Source: Desulfobacteraceae bacterium UBA2174 (lineage in GTDB: Bacteria; Desulfobacterota; Desulfobacteria; Desulfobacterales; UBA2174). Taken from it: a stretch of DNA of 64,000 nt. Position 1 is the stretch's first letter, and each line of letters opens with the position of its first letter. The position numbers were made by a program, and so were the translations under genes. The notes under the pieces are model-generated. The model was not told the DNA's origin and ran no database searches. It was given only the letters and a program-made list of their open reading frames with translations. Location of the stretch: positions 71,132-135,131 of the forward strand of contig DCWA01000023.1 in NCBI GenBank assembly GCA_002327445.1, in the 5' to 3' direction. This document shows positions 47,401-55,743 of the stretch, one piece after another.

Positions 47401-48812
47401 GCCGTCGTCCGGCAAGCGCCCGCCGGAGGTTCCAGTCGGCCAGCATCAAGGAAGAATCCGGGCGAATGGTGGTGGCCCGCAGCGACGGCAGCATCATCGC
47501 CGCCACCGATCCACGGGTCACCCTGCTCTTTCCCAGCATGGGACGGTTGGGCACCGAGGCGATTGCGGCGGTTTTCCGCGGTTTCGGGTTCAACGCCCGG
47601 GCCCATGCACCGGCCGACGAGGCGATCCTCAAGCTCGGGCGCGGCAACACGAGCTGCAAGGAGTGCCTGCCGCTGATTCTGACCACCGGTACCCTGCTGC
47701 ACTACCTGCAAAACGACCGCCGCGCCGATGAAATCGTCGTTTACTTCATGCCCACGGGCAGCGGCCCGTGCCGCTTCGGCCAGTACCGGGTTTTCATGCA
47801 GGATTTGATCGAACGCCTCCAGTTGCCGGACGTGGCGATTCTTTCCATCACCTCGGACGACGCCTACGCCGGGATGCCGCCCAGCTTCGCCGGCCGGGCC
47901 TGGTGGGCCGTGGTCGTCTCGGACGAAATGGAAAACCGGCGCAGCCGGATCCTGGCCGACGCGGTGAACCGGGAAGAGGGGCTGAAGGTGTTCGAGGATT
48001 GCTGGAACCGGCTCGCCGCCGCTCTTGAAAAGGGTGAATGGCCCGGGTTGGAGGCCGCCTTGAACCATGCGGCCGCAGCGCTGGAGGCCATCCCCATGCA
48101 CCGGGCACCCGCCGAAGTGCCGGTGGTGGGATTGACCGGGGAAATCTTCGTGCGGCGCGACGGCCTGTCCCGCCGCTACCTCACCGAACGTCTCGCGGAC
48201 CTGGGGTTCGCCACAATCTGCGCTCCGGTGGCCGAGTGGGTCCACTACACCAACTATCTGGTCGAGCATGGGCTCGACAGCGCAAACCTGAATTTGTGGC
48301 AAAAACTTCGCCTCCGCTTGCGCAACCAGGTGATGCGGCGCGATGAAAAGCGGATTCAGCGCGCCATCGGCGGCAACGGTCGCCCGCCGGCGGAAGCGCC
48401 GGACATCGGCCGGATCCTGTCCCACGCCGCACCCTACATCTCTCCGCGGCTCACCGGGGAGGCGGGGCTGACGGTGGGCAGTTCCATCGGTGAGGTCGTC
48501 GACCAGGTCTGCGGCGTCATCGCCATCGGCCCCTTCGGCTGCATGCCCAACCGCCTCTCCGAAGCCCTGCTCACCGAGGCGATGACCCGCGAAGGAAAAC
48601 TGAGAGCCAACGGAACCCCGCGCTGCCGGGCGGCCCTGGCCGACATCGACGACCTTCCGTTCCTGGCCATCGAGAGCGACGGGTCGCCCTTTCCCCAGTT
48701 GATCGAGGCCAAATTAGAGACCTTCTGCCTGCGGGCCCGGCGGCTCCACCAGCGCCTGGTCCAGATCGACGGTGAAAAATTCCGCTCGAACACCCATTCG
48801 CTTCCCGGATGA
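44460..48812 (+). CDS. Fused acyl-CoA dehydratase activase-type protein: two BadF/BadG/BcrA/BcrD ASKHA ATPase modules plus large dehydratase/DUF2229-like C-terminal region
   Basis: ORF track, 1450 aa. The two activase modules show GICLGASTV..GNKCASGTGEF..VVGGASRN and GLDVGSTTTKA..NEACSAGTGSF..MQGGVCYN. C-terminal Cys motifs are NFSCGPDSF, CKECLPL, GSGPCRFGQY and GPFGCMPN. Confidence 0.85.
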   Translation: MKVLGICLGASTVTAVSLEGDVATPCVIDRQIRPHDGNPRRTLLDVLDAISPEGFDRIAVTGRKFRHYVNLTTIAEPEAVEHAYAFARPPDRLCPAIVSAGGETFMVYVLDAHGRVGNVITGNKCASGTGEFFLQQLRRMNVTLEEAAQWAVDEVPHPVSGRCSVFCKSDCTHATNKGVPKSQVTAGLCKMMAEKILELLKRIPRRDIMVVGGASRNRMMIAHLQRAIENLIVPDTAPCFEALGAALWALAHETRPWPGTTALLHTETSAFDRLPPLKNAADLVTFRTLHRDRVRTGDRCILGLDVGSTTTKAILMRWSDKALCADVYLRTGGDPVGASRRCYRAIWEQIAAQADPRTVAIAGLGACGSGRQIAGLHAMTEGIVNEIIAHATAAVHFDPAVDTLFEIGGQDAKYTYITNGVPSDYAMNEACSAGTGSFLEESAKETLGIEMTEIADIALTGTDPPNFNDQCAAFIASDIKNAVHEGLSRENIVAGLVYSICMNYTNRVKGNRPVGQRVFMQGGVCYNRAVPMAMAALTGKPIVVPPEPGLMGAFGVALAVGQRIEAGLMAEARFDLERLGDREVSYGRSFVCRGGREGCDRRCTIHRVKIEGHAYPFGGACNRYENLRRRVHHDRARLDWVNRRQRLVFETFAPQRESSSGPRRGRVGINRSFFIHSLYPLYAHFFDRLGFEPVLAQRLSAEGIDRRNAPFCYPAELAHGYFHGLVSDMADLDFIFLPHLKSVPAIDENNNSQLCPLSQGETFYLRSAFREELTGRSRRVLAPCLEMARGYQEAREPLVKMAGEMGIGRCEANRALDVAIERQQACLEAIKAMGRDFLAALQENPDRPAVILFGRPYNAFAPEAHMGIPAKLASRGVAVLPFDALPLADQEGKAHMYWGMGEQILRAARLVAAHPRLYGTYITNFSCGPDSFIVGYFRSIMGTKPSLTLELDSHTADAGIDTRIEAFLDIVAAHRQLAEEGRRPASARRRFQSASIKEESGRMVVARSDGSIIAATDPRVTLLFPSMGRLGTEAIAAVFRGFGFNARAHAPADEAILKLGRGNTSCKECLPLILTTGTLLHYLQNDRRADEIVVYFMPTGSGPCRFGQYRVFMQDLIERLQLPDVAILSITSDDAYAGMPPSFAGRAWWAVVVSDEMENRRSRILADAVNREEGLKVFEDCWNRLAAALEKGEWPGLEAALNHAAAALEAIPMHRAPAEVPVVGLTGEIFVRRDGLSRRYLTERLADLGFATICAPVAEWVHYTNYLVEHGLDSANLNLWQKLRLRLRNQVMRRDEKRIQRAIGGNGRPPAEAPDIGRILSHAAPYISPRLTGEAGLTVGSSIGEVVDQVCGVIAIGPFGCMPNRLSEALLTEAMTREGKLRANGTPRCRAALADIDDLPFLAIESDGSPFPQLIEAKLETFCLRARRLHQRLVQIDGEKFRSNTHSLPG

Positions 48813-49600
48813 GACGCTGGTTCCCACACCCGGCCCCCATCGGAGGGGTCGAGGGCCGACGAGCTCTGATGGCGCTGATCCTCACGGCGGCGATCCTCAC
48901 GGCCTGCGCGGGCCGCCCGCCGACACCCGAACCGCCCCCCGTCCCCTCCCGGCTGGCCGTCATCGGGGTCACGATCCAGGCCGGGGCCTTTGCCAACCTG
49001 GACAACGCTATCGGGCTGACCGAAGCGCTCCAGGCCAAGGGGCTGGAGGCGACGTTCTTCAGGGATGACGACGGCCTGTTCAAGGTCCGGTTCGGGGATT
49101 TCGCCTCCAGGGAGGAGGCCTTGCGGCAGGCTTTGTCGCTGCAGCGCGAGGGCGTGCTGGACGTCTTTTACATCGTGACGCCGGATCAGCTGCCCGCGGG
49201 CCAGCGCGCGCTGCGAGGGGATGCCTTCGTCCGCGCCCGGATCGTGCGGACGGCCGAAAATTTTCTCGGTCTACCCTACCGCTGGGGAGGGACTTCCGTC
49301 GAAGACGGTTTCGACTGCAGCGGTTTGACCATGACCGCCTACCGCCTCAACGGATACCGTATCCCCCGTACCTCACGCGAGCAGTTCGCCGCCGGCACGC
49401 CGATTACGACCGACGCCCTCCAGCCGGCCGACCTGGTGTTTTTCAGAACACCTTCCAAACGCAGGGTATCCCACGTCGGGATTTACATCGGCAACGGTCG
49501 CTTCATTCACGCCTCCAGCCGGGGCAAGGACATCCGGATCGACTCGCTCTCCGCCGACTATTACCGCCGTCACCTGGTCGGTGCCCGCCACTTCCTGTAG
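48809..49600 (+). CDS. Lipoprotein with SPOR domain and NlpC/P60 peptidase domain
   Basis: ORF track, 263 aa; its ATGA start overlaps the upstream stop, and an alternative start lies at 48869. The lipobox is LTAC. The SPOR-like region reads IQAGAFANLDNA...FKVRFGDFASREEA. The NlpC/P60 region reads YRWGGTSVEDGFDCSGL...HVGIYIGNGRFIHAS. Confidence 0.85.
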   Translation: MRRWFPHPAPIGGVEGRRALMALILTAAILTACAGRPPTPEPPPVPSRLAVIGVTIQAGAFANLDNAIGLTEALQAKGLEATFFRDDDGLFKVRFGDFASREEALRQALSLQREGVLDVFYIVTPDQLPAGQRALRGDAFVRARIVRTAENFLGLPYRWGGTSVEDGFDCSGLTMTAYRLNGYRIPRTSREQFAAGTPITTDALQPADLVFFRTPSKRRVSHVGIYIGNGRFIHASSRGKDIRIDSLSADYYRRHLVGARHFL

Positions 49601-49651
49601 GGCAGGATGAGCACATTTGCCCAATGCACGATATGGGCGACCCCATTAGCC

Positions 49652-49708
49652 GAATGGACGACATGGACGAAACGGACGCCGCGGGCCGTCCATGAAGTCC
49701 ACGCCGTC
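49652..49708. repeat. Intergenic imperfect palindrome of 9-nt-phased ATGGAC / GTCCAT units
   Basis: The units read gaatggac gacatggac gaaacggac gccgcgggc cgtccatga agtccacgc cgtc. The core stem is ggacgcc / ggccgtcc. It lies between two convergent gene ends. Confidence 0.65.
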
Positions 49709-50840
49709 AACCCTCCCCCGCCTCCCGTGCCAGGCACCGGCGCCATTCCTTCAGCCGCAGAACGCCGATGTCCGGGTTGATCCGCGACACGGCTTTTTGA
49801 AAGCACTGCCGGGCCATTTCGGGACTGCCCGTGGCCAAGCGGCCGACGCCGAGAAAATAAGGCGCCAGATAATCCAGGGGATCGGCGAGGGCGGCTGCTT
49901 CCAGCAGCGGAACGGCTGCCTCGATGTTTCCCTGGTGTAATCGCACCAGGCCCAGCAGCATCAGGAGGTCGCTGCCGGCATCGGTCCGGGCATCGGGCTG
50001 CCGTTCAAGGCGTTGGATCTCCTCGGCGGTTCCCAGATGATCGAGAATCGGCGCATAGCGCCCCTGGTAGAGGCAAAGATCCAGGTACAGTTCTGAAAGG
50101 CGGCCGGCGCCGGGATGCTGTTGGAGCGCCGCGGAAAGCTGATCCAGGGCGCCGTCGCGGTCCCCGTCCGCCAGGCGAGCCTCGGCCTGGCGCGCCAGCA
50201 GAAGGGCGGACCGCCGCCGAGGGGTGAGACTTCCCAGCGCATCCACCCACCCGGAAACCCGCCCGGCCCACCGCTTCCATGGCGGCGCCTCCCCCTGAAC
50301 GTTTTCCAGGTAGGCGGCGGCGATCATCTGCTCGGCCAGGCTCCGCCCTCGGAAGGTGCCGCCGGCCAGCGCCGATTCGCACAGCACAAGCCAACGGGCC
50401 TGGAAAGGGGCGTTGGTGCTCGCCATCAGGGGCTCCAGGGCATCCAGGCGTTCGGGGTCCGGCCGCGGCAGATCCCGGTGAATCGCGGCCAGGTGTGCGT
50501 AGGCGGCGGCGAGCCGGTTGGCTGGCGACATTTGCCTGGCAACGTTGAACGCCTCGATGGCGGCGGGGATTTCGCCGGCATCGTAGGCCACGATTCCCTG
50601 CACCAGCCGGTAGGCCGGCTGCCGGGGGGCGAGGTCCACCGCCTGCCGGGCGCTGGCCGCAGCGGCAGCATGTTCCTGCCGGGCGCTGAGGCTGAGCGCC
50701 CGATACAGGCAGGCCGGGGCATAATCGGGGCATTCGGCCAGGGCGCGCGCATACCATCCCAGCGCCGTCTCCGGATCACCGGCCGCGGCGGCCCGTTGGC
50801 CCTTGCCGAGCAGACGTTCGGCGCGAAAACAGGGACTCAT
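49707..50840 (-). CDS. Tetratricopeptide-repeat protein
   Basis: Internal ATG of ORF 49707..50969, overlapping the upstream stop (ATGA at 50837..50840). It has repeated A-x3-Y/A-x-A-helix pairs (ALGWYARALAECPDYAPA..., AIEAFNVARQMSP...). Confidence 0.7.
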   Translation of the reverse strand: MSPCFRAERLLGKGQRAAAAGDPETALGWYARALAECPDYAPACLYRALSLSARQEHAAAAASARQAVDLAPRQPAYRLVQGIVAYDAGEIPAAIEAFNVARQMSPANRLAAAYAHLAAIHRDLPRPDPERLDALEPLMASTNAPFQARWLVLCESALAGGTFRGRSLAEQMIAAAYLENVQGEAPPWKRWAGRVSGWVDALGSLTPRRRSALLLARQAEARLADGDRDGALDQLSAALQQHPGAGRLSELYLDLCLYQGRYAPILDHLGTAEEIQRLERQPDARTDAGSDLLMLLGLVRLHQGNIEAAVPLLEAAALADPLDYLAPYFLGVGRLATGSPEMARQCFQKAVSRINPDIGVLRLKEWRRCLAREAGEG

Positions 50841-51418
50841 GGTTCGCTCTTGCGCAGATAGCGGGTCAACCAGATATCGGCCGCCCCCATCGCCGAAGGA
50901 TATTCCGCCGTCCGCCAGGCATCGAGTCCCAGGCGCTCCAGGATCGGGTCGAGAACCGCCGGTTGCCACCGGTAGAAAAGACGGCCGGTATCGTCCGCTT
51001 TCGTGCCCTCGCCTTTTTTCAGGCTGAGCAGCAACGCACCCCCCGGCCGCAAGGCTTCCAGGATGCCCTGGAGCACCCCTTCCAGTTCATCATGTGGCAC
51101 GTGCACCAGGGCGGCCACCAGAAGCAGGCCGTCGAAAGAAAGGGTTGAAAAGTCAAAAGTTCTGAAATCCCCCCGGATCACGGGACACCCGCTCTGGGAT
51201 TCCGCCAGGGCGGCAAGCCCTTCGGAGCGCTCGAAACCGGTCATGACAAAGCCGCGCCGGCGCAGCCAGAGCAGATCCCTGCCACTGCCGCAGCCCACAT
51301 CCAGGACCCGGCTCCCCCGGGGCAAGGCGGACAGCAGGGGCAGGAGAAAACCGGCCGGATCGACCGGGAAGGTCCGCCGGTTGTAGACGGACGCGAAGCA
51401 CTGGTAATAATCGGTCAT
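50837..51418 (-). CDS. Class I SAM-dependent methyltransferase
   Basis: Internal ATG of ORF 50837..51967, giving 193 aa. Motif I reads VLDVGCGSGRDLLWL, followed by the post-I/II pattern FDGLLLVAALVHV. The rest of the 376-aa ORF is antisense to the gene at 51603. Confidence 0.8.
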   Translation of the reverse strand: MTDYYQCFASVYNRRTFPVDPAGFLLPLLSALPRGSRVLDVGCGSGRDLLWLRRRGFVMTGFERSEGLAALAESQSGCPVIRGDFRTFDFSTLSFDGLLLVAALVHVPHDELEGVLQGILEALRPGGALLLSLKKGEGTKADDTGRLFYRWQPAVLDPILERLGLDAWRTAEYPSAMGAADIWLTRYLRKSEP

Positions 51419-51518
51419 CGGATTCGCCTCACCCAGGCCGGTGGCGCCAATTTGCGGCACACCGCATCTTACTCTCGAAAAACCTCGAAGATCCAGCCTA
51501 TTCTGGCAGCCGCGGCCT

Positions 51519-51549
51519 TTGACAGACGCCAGCGGCTTGGTTATAGGAA
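51519..51549 (+). promoter_or_regulatory. Candidate sigma70-type promoter (TTGACA-N17-TATAGG)
   Basis: About 55 nt upstream of the 51603 ATG. It contains TTGACA-N11-CTTGGTTAT, a looser relative of the clpB/hsp20 motif. Confidence 0.3.
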
Positions 51550-51602
51550 AAAACAAAAACGGCTCCGGCGCGCATGGAAGCGATGGCGATGACAGGAGAG
51601 GG

Positions 51603-51974
51603 ATGGTGATGGGAGAAGCGGAAAAAACGACCGGCGACGATTTTCTCGACTGGGAGAACCGGCGCTTGTGCCCCGATGAAAGCTGCATCGGGATCATCGG
51701 CCCGGATGGCCGCTGCACCGAGTGCGGCCGCCGGGCGGACCCCGTTTCTGAGCAGGCGTCTTCCGGGAATGACGCGCCGCCTTCGGAGGATCGACACACA
51801 GCATCCCGGCTGGCCCCCGCGATCGCCGAAATTGAGGGGACGGCTGAACGAATGGAGCCAGCCGACGACGATTGGCAGTCCCGCCGACTTTGCCCGGACG
51901 GCAACTGCATCGGGATCATCGGCCCCGACGGCCGGTGCAACATCTGCGGCCGCCGGGAGGACGACATTCCCTGA
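51603..51974 (+). CDS. Small protein with two copies of a CPD-x2-C...C-x2-C zinc-ribbon-like module
   Basis: Internal ATG of ORF 51441..51974, with AGGAGA upstream. The module W-x2-RRLCPD-x2-CIGIIGPDGRC-x2-CGRR occurs twice (DNA 51648..51734 and 51870..51956), and the two copies share an identical 20-mer. Confidence 0.55.
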   Translation: MVMGEAEKTTGDDFLDWENRRLCPDESCIGIIGPDGRCTECGRRADPVSEQASSGNDAPPSEDRHTASRLAPAIAEIEGTAERMEPADDDWQSRRLCPDGNCIGIIGPDGRCNICGRREDDIP

Positions 51975-52394
51975 AGCGCCGTTCAGGCATCCTTTTCTCT
52001 ACACGCCTGGCGATCTCCTCGACACCCACCTGAGGTCGGGAGATACACGCATCCTTATTTTCAAAACTCCGAGTTGCCGCCAGGAGTTCTCCCATCCGGG
52101 GCATGCCGCATCCCATTTCTCCCGCGCCCGGCGCATCGCCTTCCGGCATAACCAAGGCATCCCGGACGCTTTCAGGTGGCACATCCGACTCGAAGCCCCG
52201 ATGGATCAGACACGGGTTGGAAACAGAAAAATATTGGCTGATCATAATTGTGTTCTAATTGGTGGTTGTGACAGGCCAATTTTCTGACTATGCTCGCTTC
52301 AAGGCATCGCGGCAAATCGGGAAGGCAGAACCGCGCCGCATTTCCGGCGCCGCTCTGTCCCGCGAAGGCAATGCCCGGCACCAGGATCCAGGCC

Positions 52395-53984
52395 ATGAAC
52401 GTGCTGCTCAACATCGAGGAACAATCCAGGATTCCGGTATTTCGACAGATCATGGACCAGTTGATCCGCCTGATGGACACGGGCAGCCTCCGGCCGGGAG
52501 CCCGCCTGCCGTCCTCCCGGCGCCTGGCCGAGTGCCTCTCGGTCAACCGCTCCACCGTTTACCGGGCCTACCAGGAGTTGTGGTCCCTCGGCTACCTGGA
52601 AAGCCGGCCGGGGTCGTACTCCACGGTGCGCCGGCGCCCCCGGGCGGCCGCCGGGTCTCCGGACCCCGGGCCGGGCCTCATCGACTGGTCCCGGCGCGCC
52701 ACCCCGACATGCGAGGCCCTCTACGCCGCCCACGGTCGCGAGGAGGCCATTTTACGGAGGGCCGCCGGCAAAGACGTCATCAATTTCGTGCCCCTTTCAC
52801 CGGACAGCCGCCTGTTTCCCATGGACGCCTTTCGGCGCTGCATGAACCACGCCCTGCGGCACGAGGGGCCGGCCCTGCTCCAGTACGGCACCCCTCCGGG
52901 ATACGGGCCGCTGCGGCAGTTCATCGCGGAGCGGATGCGGCTCCACGGCGTGGCGGTGACCGCCGAAGAGATCCTGATCACCACCGGGGCCCAGAATGCC
53001 ATCGAACGCCTGCTGCGGCTCCTGGCCGCCCCCGGCGCGGCCCTGGCCTGCGAATCGCCGACCTATTCCCGGGCCATGGACATCTTCCGGCTGGCCGGGG
53101 CCAGGATCGTTGGGGTCCCCATGACCGGGGCGGGGATGGACCTGGACGCGCTGGAGCAGGTAATCCGGCGGGACGCGCCGGCCCTGGTCTACACCATCCC
53201 CAACTTTCACAACCCCACGGGCATCACCACCGATCAGGCCCACCGGGAGCGCCTGCTGGCCATCTGCGAAGGCCACCGTATCCCCCTGGTGGAAGACGGC
53301 TTTGAAGAGGAGATGAAATATTTCGGCAAGACGGTACTGCCGATCAAGTCCATGGATCAGCACGGGGTGGTCATCTACCTGGGCACCTTTTCCAAGATCC
53401 TGTTTCCGGGGCTTCGCATCGGCTGGATCGCCGCCGACCGGCGCTGCATCGACCGGCTGGCGCCGATCCAGAAAGCCCTCATCCTCTCGGGGAATCTCCT
53501 GGACCAAGCGGCCCTGCACCGCTTCTGCCGCATGGGCTACTACGACTTGCACATCAACCGCATGCACCGGATCTACCGGCGGCGGATGCAGACGGCCCTC
53601 GGCGCCCTGAAAACCCGCCTGACGGACGACCGCATCCACTGGAGCGAACCGGCCGGCGGCTACACCATATGGGTCCGCCTCCAGGACCTGGCGGCCGCCG
53701 AGGAGGAGATCGTCGACCGCTTGGTCGCACACGGCGTGATGGTGCTGCCGGGCAGCTTCCACTTCCACGGAGCCGCCGACGGGGTCTATTTCCGCCTCTC
53801 CATCGCCCACCTGGACGAGGCGGCCATCACCGAGGGGATCCGCCGCCTGGCGGCGGGTCTGGACACCCTGTACCGCCAAAGCGGCAGTGGAGACCGGCGC
53901 TTTACGCCCAGTCCCATCAGAACGATCCCCCGGGGGCGGCCGTGGCCCGAGCGGTCATCCGTCTCATCCAAGGGGATGACTTGA
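52395..53984 (+). CDS. MocR-subfamily GntR regulator (wHTH plus aminotransferase-like domain), PdxR-like by context
   Basis: Internal ATG of ORF 52290..53984. The wHTH reads IPVFRQIMDQLIRLMDTGSLRPGARLPSSRRLAECLSVNRSTVYRAYQEL. The fold-type I aminotransferase domain includes the PLP-lysine context LGTFSKILFPGLRIGW. It lies directly upstream of pdxS/pdxT. Confidence 0.85.
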   Translation: MNVLLNIEEQSRIPVFRQIMDQLIRLMDTGSLRPGARLPSSRRLAECLSVNRSTVYRAYQELWSLGYLESRPGSYSTVRRRPRAAAGSPDPGPGLIDWSRRATPTCEALYAAHGREEAILRRAAGKDVINFVPLSPDSRLFPMDAFRRCMNHALRHEGPALLQYGTPPGYGPLRQFIAERMRLHGVAVTAEEILITTGAQNAIERLLRLLAAPGAALACESPTYSRAMDIFRLAGARIVGVPMTGAGMDLDALEQVIRRDAPALVYTIPNFHNPTGITTDQAHRERLLAICEGHRIPLVEDGFEEEMKYFGKTVLPIKSMDQHGVVIYLGTFSKILFPGLRIGWIAADRRCIDRLAPIQKALILSGNLLDQAALHRFCRMGYYDLHINRMHRIYRRRMQTALGALKTRLTDDRIHWSEPAGGYTIWVRLQDLAAAEEEIVDRLVAHGVMVLPGSFHFHGAADGVYFRLSIAHLDEAAITEGIRRLAAGLDTLYRQSGSGDRRFTPSPIRTIPRGRPWPERSSVSSKGMT

Positions 53985-54169
53985 TTGCTCGCAGCCGGCC
54001 AATGGCCGACTTCCTCCTCGCCGGACTGGAGGAAATCGGCCGGCGATCCGGAAAAATTGGAGGCTTTTTGACGGCCTTGGCAAAAATCCTGGCAACGGAT
54101 GACACCGCGGCAGGATCGGTCTCTAACGAATGAATGAACTCATCACCCGACATCGAAAAGGAGAATCCC

Positions 54170-55090
54170 ATGACCATCGAACCAACCGGAAACCAAACCA
54201 TCACCGACCGGGAAACCGGCACCGACATCGTCAAGCGGGGCCTGGCCCAGATGCTCAAGGGGGGCGTGATCATGGACGTGGTCACGCCGGACCAGGCGGT
54301 GATCGCCGAGCAGGCCGGGGCCGTGGCCGTCATGGCCCTGGAGCGGGTTCCGGCCGATATCCGCGCCCATGGCGGGGTGGCCCGCATGTCCGACCCGGGC
54401 CTGATCCGGGAAATCATGGCGGCGGTCTCCATCCCGGTAATGGCCAAGTGCCGCATCGGCCACTTCGTGGAAGCCCAGATCCTGGAAGCCATCGGGGTCG
54501 ACTACATCGACGAGAGCGAAGTGCTCACCCCCGCCGACGAGCGCTACCACGTGGCCAAGCACAAGTTCAGGATTCCCTTCGTCTGCGGCTGCCGCAACCT
54601 GGGCGAAGCCCTGCGGCGCATCGGCGAGGGGGCGGCCATGATCCGCACCAAGGGTGAGGCGGGCACCGGGGACGTGGTGGAGGCGGTGCGCCACGCCCGC
54701 ACGGTCCTGGGCGACATCCGCCGCCTGCAAACCTTGCCGGAGGAAGAGCTGGTCGCCTTCGCCAAGGAGATCGGCGCGCCCCTGGAGCTGGTGCGCGAGA
54801 CGCGCGCCCTGGGCCGCCTGCCGGTGGTCAACTTCGCCGCCGGCGGCATCGCCACCCCCGCCGACGCCGCCCTGATGATGCAGCTCGGGGTGGACGGGGT
54901 GTTCGTGGGATCGGGGATCTTCAAGAGCGACGACCCGGCCCGCCGGGCCAAGGCCATCGTGGAGGCCACGGCCCACTTCGACAACGCCGAAATCCTGGCC
55001 AAGGTCAGTGAAAACCTCGGCGCCCCCATGACGGGGATCAACGTGAGCCGCCTGGAGGCCGGCGAGCGGCTGGCCGAGCGGGGCTGGTAG
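54170..55090 (+). CDS. pdxS: Pyridoxal 5'-phosphate synthase lyase subunit PdxS
   Basis: Internal ATG of ORF 54134..55090, with AAGGAGA upstream. Motifs: [69 protein letters not shown]. Confidence 0.95.
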   Translation: MTIEPTGNQTITDRETGTDIVKRGLAQMLKGGVIMDVVTPDQAVIAEQAGAVAVMALERVPADIRAHGGVARMSDPGLIREIMAAVSIPVMAKCRIGHFVEAQILEAIGVDYIDESEVLTPADERYHVAKHKFRIPFVCGCRNLGEALRRIGEGAAMIRTKGEAGTGDVVEAVRHARTVLGDIRRLQTLPEEELVAFAKEIGAPLELVRETRALGRLPVVNFAAGGIATPADAALMMQLGVDGVFVGSGIFKSDDPARRAKAIVEATAHFDNAEILAKVSENLGAPMTGINVSRLEAGERLAERGW

Positions 55091-55095
55091 GCGGA

Positions 55096-55743
55096 ATGGA
55101 GACCGGTCCGATCAAGGTCGGCATTCTCGCTCTCCAGGGGGGCGTGGCGGAGCACGCCGGATCTTTGCGGCGCGCCGGGGCCCGGCCGGTGGCCGTGCGC
55201 CTGCCTGAGCACCTCGACGGGCTGGACGCCCTGATCCTGCCCGGCGGGGAAAGCACCACCATCGGCAAGCTGGCCAAACGCTTCGGCCTCCTGGAGCCCC
55301 TGCGGCAATTCGCCGCCGTCCGACCGGTGTGGGGGACCTGCGCCGGGATGATCCTGCTGGCCCGGGACATCGGCGCCGATCCGCCCCTGCTGGGCGTAAT
55401 GGACATCGGGGTGCGACGCAACGCCTTCGGCCGCCAGGCGGACAGCTTTGTCACACACCTCCTCGTGCCCGAAATCGAGGAGGGCGCGACCCGCCCCTTT
55501 CCGGCGGTCTTCATTCGCGCCCCGCAACTTGTCGCCGCCAGCGGCCGGGCGCGCATCATCGCCCGCCTGGCCGACGGCACGCCGGTGGCGGCCCGTGAAG
55601 GCCGCCTCCTCGCCACCGCCTTTCATCCGGAGATCACCGAAGACGACCGTTTTCACCGCTATTTTCTGAAAATTATTTCCCAAGCCGGAGAAACGGGGCC
55701 GCCGGAAACCATCAGGGCATCCAGCGCTGGGGAAAATCGGTGA
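55096..55743 (+). CDS. pdxT: Pyridoxal 5'-phosphate synthase glutaminase subunit PdxT
   Basis: ORF track, 215 aa. Motifs: VGILALQGG, LILPGGESTT, catalytic GTCAGMILL, FHPE. Confidence 0.9.
   Translation: METGPIKVGILALQGGVAEHAGSLRRAGARPVAVRLPEHLDGLDALILPGGESTTIGKLAKRFGLLEPLRQFAAVRPVWGTCAGMILLARDIGADPPLLGVMDIGVRRNAFGRQADSFVTHLLVPEIEEGATRPFPAVFIRAPQLVAASGRARIIARLADGTPVAAREGRLLATAFHPEITEDDRFHRYFLKIISQAGETGPPETIRASSAGENR

Noticed and set aside
50837-51967. A 376-aa minus-strand ORF treated as one methyltransferase gene.
   Set aside because: Methyltransferase similarity begins only at the internal Met (51418). The upstream 183 residues mirror the duplicated module of the + strand gene at 51603..51974, repeating RPSGPMIPMQL, so they are antisense read-through.
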